From contig JAUVVC010000001.1 of the NCBI GenBank assembly GCA_030604855.1, positions 240,001 through 272,000 of the forward strand: DNA of 32,000 nt, read 5' to 3'. The notes under the pieces are model-generated. The model was given only the letters and a program-made list of their open reading frames with translations, was not told where the DNA came from and did not search any database. How positions within the stretch are numbered: position 1 is the stretch's first letter; every line of letters begins with the position of its first letter. The stretch comes from Erysipelotrichaceae bacterium (GTDB taxonomy: Bacteria; Bacillota_I; Bacilli_A; Erysipelotrichales; Erysipelotrichaceae). This document shows positions 24,839-32,000 of the stretch, piece by piece. A program made the translations under genes and the position numbers.

Positions 24839-25566
24839 AAATCAGTATCTTGACCTTGTTTCCAGAAATGTTCGAAGGGTTCTTGAATACATCGATCATC
24901 AAGAAAGCACGTTTAAAAGAATTGGTTGAAATCGAGTGCATCGATATTCGAGCCTTCTCCACCAACAAACACAAACGGGTGGATGATTATCCTTTTGGCG
25001 GTGGTCAAGGTTTGGTCATGGCGGTGCAACCCGTCGTGGATGCCTTGAAAAGCGTTCAAACCGAGAGCTCCTTTGTCTTGTTGAGCAGTCCCCGTGGACA
25101 GGTCTTCAATCAAGCTCAAGCACGCCGTTTGAGTCAGAAGAATCACATCGTCTTCATCTGTGGCCATTACGAAGGCTTGGATGAGCGGATCACCCACTAT
25201 GTGGATGAAGAGATCTCCATCGGTGATTTCATTCTGACTGGTGGTGAATTGGCCAGCATGGTCGTTACGGACGCAGTCGTTCGATTGTTGGATGGCGTCA
25301 TCCGTGAGAGTTCACACCAAGATGAGAGTTTTGAGCAAGCCCGCTTGGAATATCCTCAATACACACGGCCGGAAGAGATCAATGGTCATCGTGTACCGGA
25401 TGTGCTCTTATCTGGCCATCATAAAAACATTGAAGCCTATCGTTTGAAGGAATCTTTGCGTGAAACCTGGTTGAGACGTCCGGATTTGTTCTTAAATCAA
25501 AAGTTGAGCAAAGAAGAGACCAAATATTTGATTGAGGTCTTGCAAGAAGAGCTTAAAAAAGATTGA
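24835..25566 (+). CDS. trmD: tRNA (guanine37-N1)-methyltransferase
   Basis: I start at MKISILTLFPEMF (ATG 24835, ATGA overlap with the rimM stop, GGAGGG upstream). The SPOUT motifs ICGHYEGLDER and IGDFILTGGE are present. Confidence 0.95.
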   Translation: MKISILTLFPEMFEGFLNTSIIKKARLKELVEIECIDIRAFSTNKHKRVDDYPFGGGQGLVMAVQPVVDALKSVQTESSFVLLSSPRGQVFNQAQARRLSQKNHIVFICGHYEGLDERITHYVDEEISIGDFILTGGELASMVVTDAVVRLLDGVIRESSHQDESFEQARLEYPQYTRPEEINGHRVPDVLLSGHHKNIEAYRLKESLRETWLRRPDLFLNQKLSKEETKYLIEVLQEELKKD

Positions 25567-25683
25567 TTTATTATTTTATCTGTGTTAAATTAATTGAGCC
25601 TATGGCTTAGCTAATTGGCTTGGCTGTTCCGCTGTCGCCTTAAGGACAAGAACGGACCAATAAACATAAAGGAGCGTGAGAAA
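25563..25683 (+). promoter_or_regulatory. Candidate rplS promoter plus L19 leader
   Basis: TTGATT (25563-25568), a 17-nt spacer, then TGtTAAATT (25586-25591). A leader of about 90 nt follows, with stem potential (GTTC..TGTC-loop-GACA..GAAC). An L19 r-protein leader is known upstream of rplS in Bacillota. I did not verify a match. Confidence 0.4.
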
Positions 25684-26031
25684 ATGAATTTGAGTATCGT
25701 AGAGCAAATTACAAAGTCTCAATTGCGCACTGATCTTCCTGATTTCAAACCTGGATACCAAGTCCGTGTGGACGTCCGTATTCAAGAAGGTAACAAATCC
25801 AGAATTCAGGCGTTTGAAGGCCTCGTAATCGCCCGTCAGGGCAAAGGCATTGGTGAATCGTTCATCGTTCGCAAAATGTCTTCACAAATCGGTGTAGAAA
25901 GAACTTTCCCGGTTCATTCACCCATTATTGAGAGCATCACTGTATTGCGTCGTGGTAAAGTACGTAGAGCTAAATTGTTCTATATGCGTGGACGTTCAGG
26001 CAAAGCATCTCGTTTGGTCGAAATTCGTTAG
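25684..26031 (+). CDS. rplS: 50S ribosomal protein L19
   Basis: I start at MNLSIVEQI (ATG 25684, RBS AAGGAG). The typical L19 motifs [26 protein letters not shown] and [12 protein letters not shown] are present. Confidence 0.96.
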   Translation: MNLSIVEQITKSQLRTDLPDFKPGYQVRVDVRIQEGNKSRIQAFEGLVIARQGKGIGESFIVRKMSSQIGVERTFPVHSPIIESITVLRRGKVRRAKLFYMRGRSGKASRLVEIR

Positions 26032-26033
26032 TA

Positions 26034-26058
26034 AAAGCCGGTCTTCCGGCTTTTCTTC
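26034..26058 (+). terminator. Intrinsic terminator after rplS
   Basis: AAAGCCGG (26034-26041) pairs with CCGGCTTT (26046-26053) across a TCTT loop, followed by a T-rich tail. Confidence 0.75.
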
Positions 26059-26064
26059 TAAATT

Positions 26065-26607
26065 ATGGAAAAGAGACAAACTTCACTGTTCAAAGAATTC
26101 TTCAAAAGCGTCGTCACGAGTCTTGTCTTTGTCTTGGTTCTGACCAACTTCGTGGTCAAGCCTATCAAGGTCAACGGCTCCAGCATGTATCCGACGCTCA
26201 AGGATCAATCCTTGGGATTCGCCAACATCTTAAGCTATCAACTCTTTGGGGTCGATCGCTTTGATGTGGTCATTGTTTATGTGGAGGCTTTGGATGAATA
26301 TTTGGTCAAGCGTGTCATCGCTTTGCCGAATGAAGTTGTGGAAATGAAAGATGATCAATTATATGTGGATGGGAAACGGATCGATCAAAGTTTCTTGAAT
26401 CAGGATTACTTGAAAGAGTTCAATCAATTCACCACCAGTTTCGGTCCCCTTAAAGTGGGTGCGAATGAAGTGTTCCTATTGGGTGACAATCGACCGTATT
26501 CCAGTGACTCACGTGTTTTTGGGGCCTTTGATCTCAAAGATGTGATCGCGAAAGATACCTATATCTTTTATCCACTGAATGAAATCAATTGGTTTAAAGG
26601 ACAATAA
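26065..26607 (+). CDS. lepB: Signal peptidase I
   Basis: An N-terminal TM anchor is followed by the catalytic Ser box GSSMYPTL, the Lys box VKRVIALPNE and GDNRPYSSDSR. Confidence 0.9.
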   Translation: MEKRQTSLFKEFFKSVVTSLVFVLVLTNFVVKPIKVNGSSMYPTLKDQSLGFANILSYQLFGVDRFDVVIVYVEALDEYLVKRVIALPNEVVEMKDDQLYVDGKRIDQSFLNQDYLKEFNQFTTSFGPLKVGANEVFLLGDNRPYSSDSRVFGAFDLKDVIAKDTYIFYPLNEINWFKGQ

Positions 26608-27453
26608 ATGAACGTACAATGGTTTCCCGGTCACATGACGCGGGCAAAACGTGAAATGGAAGAAAAACTAAAGATGGTGGATATGATCATCGAGTGTCGG
26701 GATGCGCGCATTCCGCTCGCTTCTGAGAATCCACTTCTTTTAAACTTGGCCAAGGATAAACCACGTTTGATCGTCCTAAGCAAACAAGACATGGCCGATC
26801 CCATTGCGACCAAAGCCTGGATGCATCATTTAACCAGTGAGAACACCAAGGTCATTACGGTGGACCTCTTGGATAAGAGCAGTCGAATGAAAGTCATCGA
26901 TGCGGCTTTAGAAGTGATGAAGCCTAAGTTTGAACGCTGGAAAGCGCGCGGAATTGGGGCACGTAAGATTAAAGCCATGGTTGTGGGGATCCCCAATGTT
27001 GGTAAATCTACTTTGATCAATCAATTGGCGCAGAAGAAAATCATGACGACCGCCAATCGACCAGGGGTCACCATGGCACTTAAATGGGCGAATGTTCATC
27101 CCAAATTGGACCTCTTGGATACACCGGGAGTTTTGTGGCCAAAGTTTGATGATGCGAAGGTGGGGATTCGCTTAGCGTTGGCGGGTTCGGTCAGTGAGAA
27201 GGTTTTGCCAATTGATGAATTGGCGTATTATGCGTTTAAATTTGTTTTGAAACATTATCCAGAATCACTGGAACAACGTTATCAATACACGGGGGAGGAT
27301 GTTCAGGCTTTCTTTGAACATCTCGCAAAACTTCGACTCTATGTTCGTAAAGACGAACTATTGTTGGATCAAGCGTATCAAACTTTTTTAAGAGAAGTAC
27401 GACAAGGAACGTTAGGAGCGATGAGTTTTGAGTATGTCGAAAACGTGGATTGA
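26608..27453 (+). CDS. rbgA: Ribosome biogenesis GTPase A (YlqF)
   Basis: The N-terminal WFPGHM and circularly permuted GTPase motifs (SKQDM before GIPNVGKST and DTPG) are present. Confidence 0.92.
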   Translation: MNVQWFPGHMTRAKREMEEKLKMVDMIIECRDARIPLASENPLLLNLAKDKPRLIVLSKQDMADPIATKAWMHHLTSENTKVITVDLLDKSSRMKVIDAALEVMKPKFERWKARGIGARKIKAMVVGIPNVGKSTLINQLAQKKIMTTANRPGVTMALKWANVHPKLDLLDTPGVLWPKFDDAKVGIRLALAGSVSEKVLPIDELAYYAFKFVLKHYPESLEQRYQYTGEDVQAFFEHLAKLRLYVRKDELLLDQAYQTFLREVRQGTLGAMSFEYVENVD

Positions 27454-28042
27454 AAATGATTTTGAGGATACATGCATTTTAGGCTTGGATGAGGCGGGAC
27501 GGGGTCCGATGGCGGGTCCTTGTGTCGTAGCAGGGGTCGTGTTGCCGAGGGGCTATGTGCATCCCTTGATCAATGACTCCAAACAATTGTCTGCGAAACA
27601 GCGTCAAACATGTTTTGACGATATTCTAAGAGATGCTTTGTGGGTGATGGTCGTAACGGTGAGTCCGGAGACGATCGATCAAAAAAACATCTATCAAGCC
27701 ACTAAGGACTCGATGCGTATGATTGCGAAGTTCTCGGATGCGACGCTGGTTCTCAGTGATGCGATGCCCTTTGAAGTGAAAGACAAACGCGTCTTGGATT
27801 ATATCAAAGGAGATTCCTTGAGCATTTCCATTGCGGCCGCAAGCATCATTGCCAAAGTCACGCGTGATCGCATGATGGATGTCTATGATGAAGCCTATCC
27901 TGAATACGGCTTTAAACGCCATAAGGGGTATCAAACTAAAGAACATAAAGAAGCTTTATTGAAGTATGGTGTCTTACCGATCCATCGCAGATCGTATGAA
28001 CCGGTACGTCAACGACTTCAAGCCAATTTATTTGATTTGTAA
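27428..28042 (+). CDS. rnhB: Ribonuclease HII
   Basis: The GLDEAGRGPMAGP active-site motif and ..DSK.L.. are present. The start is TTG 27428 (9 nt after AGGAG) or ATG 27434. It overlaps the rbgA 3' end. Confidence 0.9.
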   Translation: MSMSKTWIENDFEDTCILGLDEAGRGPMAGPCVVAGVVLPRGYVHPLINDSKQLSAKQRQTCFDDILRDALWVMVVTVSPETIDQKNIYQATKDSMRMIAKFSDATLVLSDAMPFEVKDKRVLDYIKGDSLSISIAAASIIAKVTRDRMMDVYDEAYPEYGFKRHKGYQTKEHKEALLKYGVLPIHRRSYEPVRQRLQANLFDL

Positions 28043-28077
28043 TCAGGAACTGTAATCGTTTGTGCATATATAAAGGT

Positions 28078-28806
28078 ATGAAACGCGAACAATTACTGGC
28101 ATACAGCTTAAAATACAAAGGGGATCATCGTCGGATCAAAGCTGCCTTATTGCAGAATGAAACCTACGAAGTGCGTGATTATAAGGGAAAGTTTCTGACT
28201 TTGGTGGATGCCAATTATCCGCAAAGTTTGAAACAACTCCATGACCCACCCTATGTCTTATATTTGCGAGGTCGTATCGACCTTTTAAATTTGCCCATGA
28301 TAAGCATCGTCGGAAGTCGCAATCATGGAAGCTACAGTGCGGAGTGGACAAAAAAATGTGTGGAACACTTCAGGGCTTATGTCATTGTCAGCGGGATGGC
28401 TAAGGGCATTGATGGTTTGGCGCATGTGCATGCGCTGAGGCAAGGTACGATTGCGGTCTTAGGCTGTGGCATCGATGTCATCTATCCCAGACAGAATACG
28501 GAGCTCTATCATATGATCCTGAAAATGGGCTGTATCGTTTCGGAATATCCCGAGGGAACCGCCATCCAGAAACATCAATTCGTCGCTCGCAATCGCATCA
28601 TCGCAGCATTGGGTCAAGCGTTGTTGGTCATGGAATCACATTTGAAAAGTGGATCGATGATCACCGTAAACAACGCTTTGGATTGTGGTAAAGATGTATA
28701 TTGTCTACCCTTTAGTCTTGACATGCCAGAGGGTCAAGGAAACAACCTTTTGATCCAGCAAGGCGCAAATATCTTGACAAACCCTTTAGAATTAACCAAA
28801 CTATGA
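28078..28806 (+). CDS. dprA: DNA processing protein DprA (Smf)
   Basis: The Rossmann-like DprA core has ISIVGSRN and GMAKGIDGLAHVHAL. It sits directly upstream of topA, as in many Bacillota. The start is uncertain: ATG 28078 or TTG 28060. It is short for the family (about 242-248 aa). Confidence 0.82.
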   Translation: MKREQLLAYSLKYKGDHRRIKAALLQNETYEVRDYKGKFLTLVDANYPQSLKQLHDPPYVLYLRGRIDLLNLPMISIVGSRNHGSYSAEWTKKCVEHFRAYVIVSGMAKGIDGLAHVHALRQGTIAVLGCGIDVIYPRQNTELYHMILKMGCIVSEYPEGTAIQKHQFVARNRIIAALGQALLVMESHLKSGSMITVNNALDCGKDVYCLPFSLDMPEGQGNNLLIQQGANILTNPLELTKL

Positions 28807-28849
28807 AATACAGACGTCATGACAAAGTGGCGTTGCGTTAGGAGTACCG

Positions 28850-30967
28850 ATGCGAAATTTAGTCATTGTGGAGTCACCCTCCAAATCTAAAACAATTCAG
28901 AAATATCTTGGGGATGATTACGAAGTTGTTTCCTCCAAAGGCCATATCCGCGATTTAGCGACCACGGGTAAAGGTGGTTTGGGTGTGGACGTGGAACATG
29001 ATTTCAAACCCAGTTATAAAATAAACAAAGATAAAGGCGATACCGTCAAGCAACTAAAGACGAAGGCGAAGAAGGCTCAGATGGTTTATCTGGCAACCGA
29101 CCCCGACCGTGAAGGGGAAGCCATTTCGTGGCATTTGGCGGATGAACTTGAATTGAGCGAAGATAAGACACAACGTGTCGTTTTCAATGAGATCACTAAG
29201 CCCGCCATCCTAGCCGCATTTGAACATCCGCGTCATATTGATATGAATCTGGTGCGTTCGCAAGAGACACGTCGTATCTTGGACCGCATCATCGGGTTCA
29301 AACTTTCCAAGCTTTTACAAAACAAGATTGCCAGTAAATCTGCGGGCCGAGTCCAATCGGTTGCGTTGCGCTTGATTGTCGAGAAGGAAAAAGAAATCCT
29401 AGCCTTCGTTCCTGAAGAAAAATGGAACATCAAGGCGAGTTTTGAAAAAGATAAGATTGAGTTCGATGCGGACATCGACAGCTATCAAGACAAGAAACTG
29501 AAACTCAAGAATAAGGCGGAAAGCGATGCGGTCATGGCCGCTTTGGGTTCGACCTTCACCGTAGAATCCATCACTGAGAAACAAGCCGCAAAAGCGAATA
29601 AATTTGCGTTCATCACCTCCACCCTCCAACAAGAAGCTGCGAACAAGTTGAACTTCCCTGCGAAGAAGACGATGCGCATCGCTCAGAAGTTGTATGAAGG
29701 GGTGCAAATGAATGAGGGTCAAGAAGGTTTGATCACTTACATGCGTACCGATTCCACCCGTTTCTCGGATCAGTTCGTCAAGGATGCGCAGGCGTACATC
29801 AAGACGACCTATGGTTCTGAGTATGTAGGGCATTATCAAGTCAAAAAGAGCGACAATGCACAGGATGCGCATGAAGCCATCCGGATGACGCACATTGAAT
29901 ACACCCCCGAGGCATTGAAGGATGTTTTGAGTGCGGATGAGTTGAAGCTCTACAGTTTGATCTATGCACGAAGCTTGGCATCGCTCATGAGTTCACCTAA
30001 AACAAAGACCATTACCGTTAATTTGGATCAAAATGGTTATCGTTTTGTGGCGAAAGGCAGTAAGTTGGAGTTTGATGGCTATTTGAAAGTCTATGGTAAG
30101 TACGAGACCAGTAAAGATAAATGGTTGCCGCATTTGGATGAAGGTGAAAAGTTGGAAAGTTTGAAGAATGAAGCCATTCAAAGCTTCACCAATCCTCCTT
30201 TGCGTTATTCTGAAGCCCGTTTGATCGAAGCATTGGAAAGCAAGGGCATTGGTCGTCCAAGTACCTATGCGATGATCATTGATACGATTGTGGAACGTTT
30301 GTATGTCACCTTAGATAAAGGGGAGAACAGTCGTACCAAAGTTTTCATTCCAACCGAACAAGGTTTCTTGACCGATGCGAAGTTGCAGGATCACTTTGAA
30401 TCCATCATCAATGTGGATTACACCGCACAGATGGAAAGTGAATTGGATCATATCGCAGAGGGCAATCAAGACCATGTGGATGCGCTGAATCGCTTTTATG
30501 AGCGCTTTTTGCCTCTATTAACTGCGGCTTATGAACAGATGGAGAAAATCAAACCGACTGAAGTCGGTCGTGAGTGTCCGGATTGCGGCAGTCCTTTGGT
30601 GGAACGCAATGGACGTTACGGTAAATTCGTGGCGTGCAGCAATTATCCGACCTGTAAACATGTCGAACGTGAAGTCGTTGAACCGGTCTTGACCGGTGAG
30701 TTGTGTCCGAACTGTGGCAAAGCTTTGGTAGAGAAGATGGGACGTTTTGGTAAGTTTGTGGCCTGCAGTGATTATCCGACCTGCAAGACCATCATCAAGA
30801 CGGCGAAACCGAAAGCGGAACTTAAACCGACGGGCGAAATGTGTCCGGATTGTGGCAGTCCATTGGTTGAACGTTTGAATCGTTTCGGAAAAACCTTTGT
30901 GGGTTGTTCAACCTATCCGAAGTGCAGATACATCCAGAAGAAAGTCAAACAAGATGACGAGGCATAA
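28850..30967 (+). CDS. topA: DNA topoisomerase I (type IA)
   Basis: The Toprim N-terminus [25 protein letters not shown] and the active-site Tyr context YMRTDS are present. The C-terminus carries three CxxC...CxxxxxC zinc ribbons. Confidence 0.96.
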   Translation: MRNLVIVESPSKSKTIQKYLGDDYEVVSSKGHIRDLATTGKGGLGVDVEHDFKPSYKINKDKGDTVKQLKTKAKKAQMVYLATDPDREGEAISWHLADELELSEDKTQRVVFNEITKPAILAAFEHPRHIDMNLVRSQETRRILDRIIGFKLSKLLQNKIASKSAGRVQSVALRLIVEKEKEILAFVPEEKWNIKASFEKDKIEFDADIDSYQDKKLKLKNKAESDAVMAALGSTFTVESITEKQAAKANKFAFITSTLQQEAANKLNFPAKKTMRIAQKLYEGVQMNEGQEGLITYMRTDSTRFSDQFVKDAQAYIKTTYGSEYVGHYQVKKSDNAQDAHEAIRMTHIEYTPEALKDVLSADELKLYSLIYARSLASLMSSPKTKTITVNLDQNGYRFVAKGSKLEFDGYLKVYGKYETSKDKWLPHLDEGEKLESLKNEAIQSFTNPPLRYSEARLIEALESKGIGRPSTYAMIIDTIVERLYVTLDKGENSRTKVFIPTEQGFLTDAKLQDHFESIINVDYTAQMESELDHIAEGNQDHVDALNRFYERFLPLLTAAYEQMEKIKPTEVGRECPDCGSPLVERNGRYGKFVACSNYPTCKHVEREVVEPVLTGELCPNCGKALVEKMGRFGKFVACSDYPTCKTIIKTAKPKAELKPTGEMCPDCGSPLVERLNRFGKTFVGCSTYPKCRYIQKKVKQDDEA

Positions 30968-32000
30968 AGCGGTCAAAGTGATTGGGGCTGGCTTGGCTGG
31001 TTGTGAAGCCACTTGGCAGCTTGTCAAGCGAGGGATACCCGTGCATTTGTATGAGATGCGTCCTAAGAAGATGACTCCAGCCCATAATACCTCTGCTTTT
31101 GCGGAATTGGTGTGTTCCAATTCTTTACGCAGTGATGCCTTGTTGAATGCGGTGGGAGTATTGAAGCAGGAATTGCGCATGGTGGACAGTCTGATCCTTC
31201 GTTTCGCGGATGAGCATCGTGTTCCAGCGGGCAGTGCTTTAGCAGTGGATCGTGAAGGGTTTTCCAAGGCCATCACTGATTTCTTACGTAACCATCCCTT
31301 GGTGACCCTCTTCAATGAAGAAGTGAGTGAATTAATCGAAGATGAAGATACGATCATTGCGACGGGTCCGTTGACATCCGATCCTTTGGCGGAGTTCATT
31401 CGCAAACGTTTTAATCAGAGCTCACTGTATTTCTATGATGCGGCAGCGCCGATCATCGAAAGAGATTCCATTAATTTCGATATCGCTTACTATAAATCAC
31501 GTTATGATAAAGGGGATGCGCAGGATTACATCAATTGTCCAATGACGAAAGAAGAATTCGAGCATTTCTATGAAGAATTGATCCACGCAGATGTCGTTCA
31601 ACCCAAAGACTTTGAGAAGGAAATCTTTTTTGAGGGTTGTATGCCCTTTGAAGTCATGGCCAAACGAGGTCCTAAAACGCTTACGTTTGGACCGATGAAG
31701 CCGGTAGGTCTGGCTTTGGATCGTGAAAAACCACGACCGTATGCGGTCGTTCAACTCAGACAAGACAATGCGGCAGCGTCTTTGTATAACATCGTCGGTT
31801 TTCAAACGCATCTGACTTGGCCAGAACAACGTCGAATCATCCGGATGATTCCGGGTCTAGAGAATGCGGAGTTTGCACGTTATGGCGTCATGCATCGCAA
31901 CACCTATATCAAATCACCGAACTTATTGAATCAAAATTACAAAGCCTTAGAGAATGAGCATTGGTATTTCGCTGGTCAGATGAGTGGGGTTGAAGGCTAT
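30954..32000 (+). CDS. trmFO: Methylenetetrahydrofolate--tRNA-(uracil54-C5)-methyltransferase TrmFO (Gid), 3' end cut by the window
   Basis: It is not in the supplied ORF track because no stop codon is reached. I translated it by hand: [60 protein letters not shown]...[21 protein letters not shown]...[11 protein letters not shown]. The frame is open for all 349 codons to base 32000. The FAD motif GAGLAGCEA is present. It overlaps the topA 3' end by 14 nt. Confidence 0.92.
   Translation, partial: MTRHKAVKVIGAGLAGCEATWQLVKRGIPVHLYEMRPKKMTPAHNTSAFAELVCSNSLRSDALLNAVGVLKQELRMVDSLILRFADEHRVPAGSALAVDREGFSKAITDFLRNHPLVTLFNEEVSELIEDEDTIIATGPLTSDPLAEFIRKRFNQSSLYFYDAAAPIIERDSINFDIAYYKSRYDKGDAQDYINCPMTKEEFEHFYEELIHADVVQPKDFEKEIFFEGCMPFEVMAKRGPKTLTFGPMKPVGLALDREKPRPYAVVQLRQDNAAASLYNIVGFQTHLTWPEQRRIIRMIPGLENAEFARYGVMHRNTYIKSPNLLNQNYKALENEHWYFAGQMSGVEGY

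Noticed and set aside
29399-29893. 164-aa - strand ORF inside topA
   Set aside because: It is a shadow ORF within the clearly identified topoisomerase I gene.
30575-30925. Three DNA segments with high mutual similarity (for example TGTCCGGATTGCGGCAGTCC... at 30575 and TGTCCGGATTGTGGCAGTCC... at 30842)
   Set aside because: They are explained by the three tandem C4 zinc-ribbon modules at the C-terminus of topoisomerase I ([11 protein letters not shown]...C..YP.C). This is a normal feature of the family, not a mobile or regulatory repeat.
30908-31829. Two - strand ORFs (165 aa and 110 aa) at the right end of the window
   Set aside because: They are antisense to the hand-translated trmFO frame, which has strong family signatures. 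They appear prominent only because the real gene lacks a stop inside the window.
1-32000. Scan of the whole window for CRISPR repeats, tRNA/rRNA genes, IS elements, integrases, toxin-antitoxin pairs, restriction-modification or other defence genes
   Set aside because: I found none. Intergenic regions are short (the longest are about 290 nt) and are accounted for by promoters, leaders and terminators. Every long ORF has a housekeeping or simple hypothetical assignment.

Overview
This is a core-genome window from a low-GC Gram-positive bacterium (Bacillota). I did not find a convincing novel multi-gene system in it. I call 34 protein genes, 32 on the + strand and 2 on the - strand, and most are tightly packed or translationally coupled.

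Gene order reproduces three blocks that are separate in Bacillus subtilis and contiguous here:
- Block 1: rpsO-pnp.
- Block 2, the 'yt' region: pepV-like, trmB, M42 peptidase, murC, ytxG/ytxH-like, ccpA-like, tyrS, rpsD, ezrA, cysteine desulfurase, thiI.
- Block 3, the 'ylq' region: ffh, rpsP, KH protein, rimM, trmD, rplS, lepB, rbgA, rnhB, dprA, topA, trmFO.

I could support these RNA and regulatory elements:
- A Tyr-specific T-box leader before tyrS.
- Candidate r-protein leaders before rpsD and rplS.
- Several intrinsic terminators and sigma-A-type promoters.

I saw no rRNA, tRNA, CRISPR array, transposase or integrase, toxin-antitoxin pair or recognisable defence gene.

The most unusual locus is a small, lower-GC, oppositely oriented cassette between rpsD and ezrA (about 17435-18251). 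It has four notable parts:
- An orphan 170-aa secreted protein gene.
- Its own strong promoter.
- A roughly 170-nt structured leader containing an intrinsic terminator.
- An exact 12-bp inverted repeat on each side of the gene.

Secondary points of interest:
- A perfect 14-bp cre-like palindrome over the promoter of the operon that ends in the ccpA-like gene.
- An uncharacterised lipoprotein and charged-protein pair directly upstream of murC.
- A membrane protein translationally coupled to T-box-controlled tyrS.
- trmFO, which the ORF track misses because it runs off the window end.

All functional calls rest on motif recognition by eye and on synteny. No database search was run.
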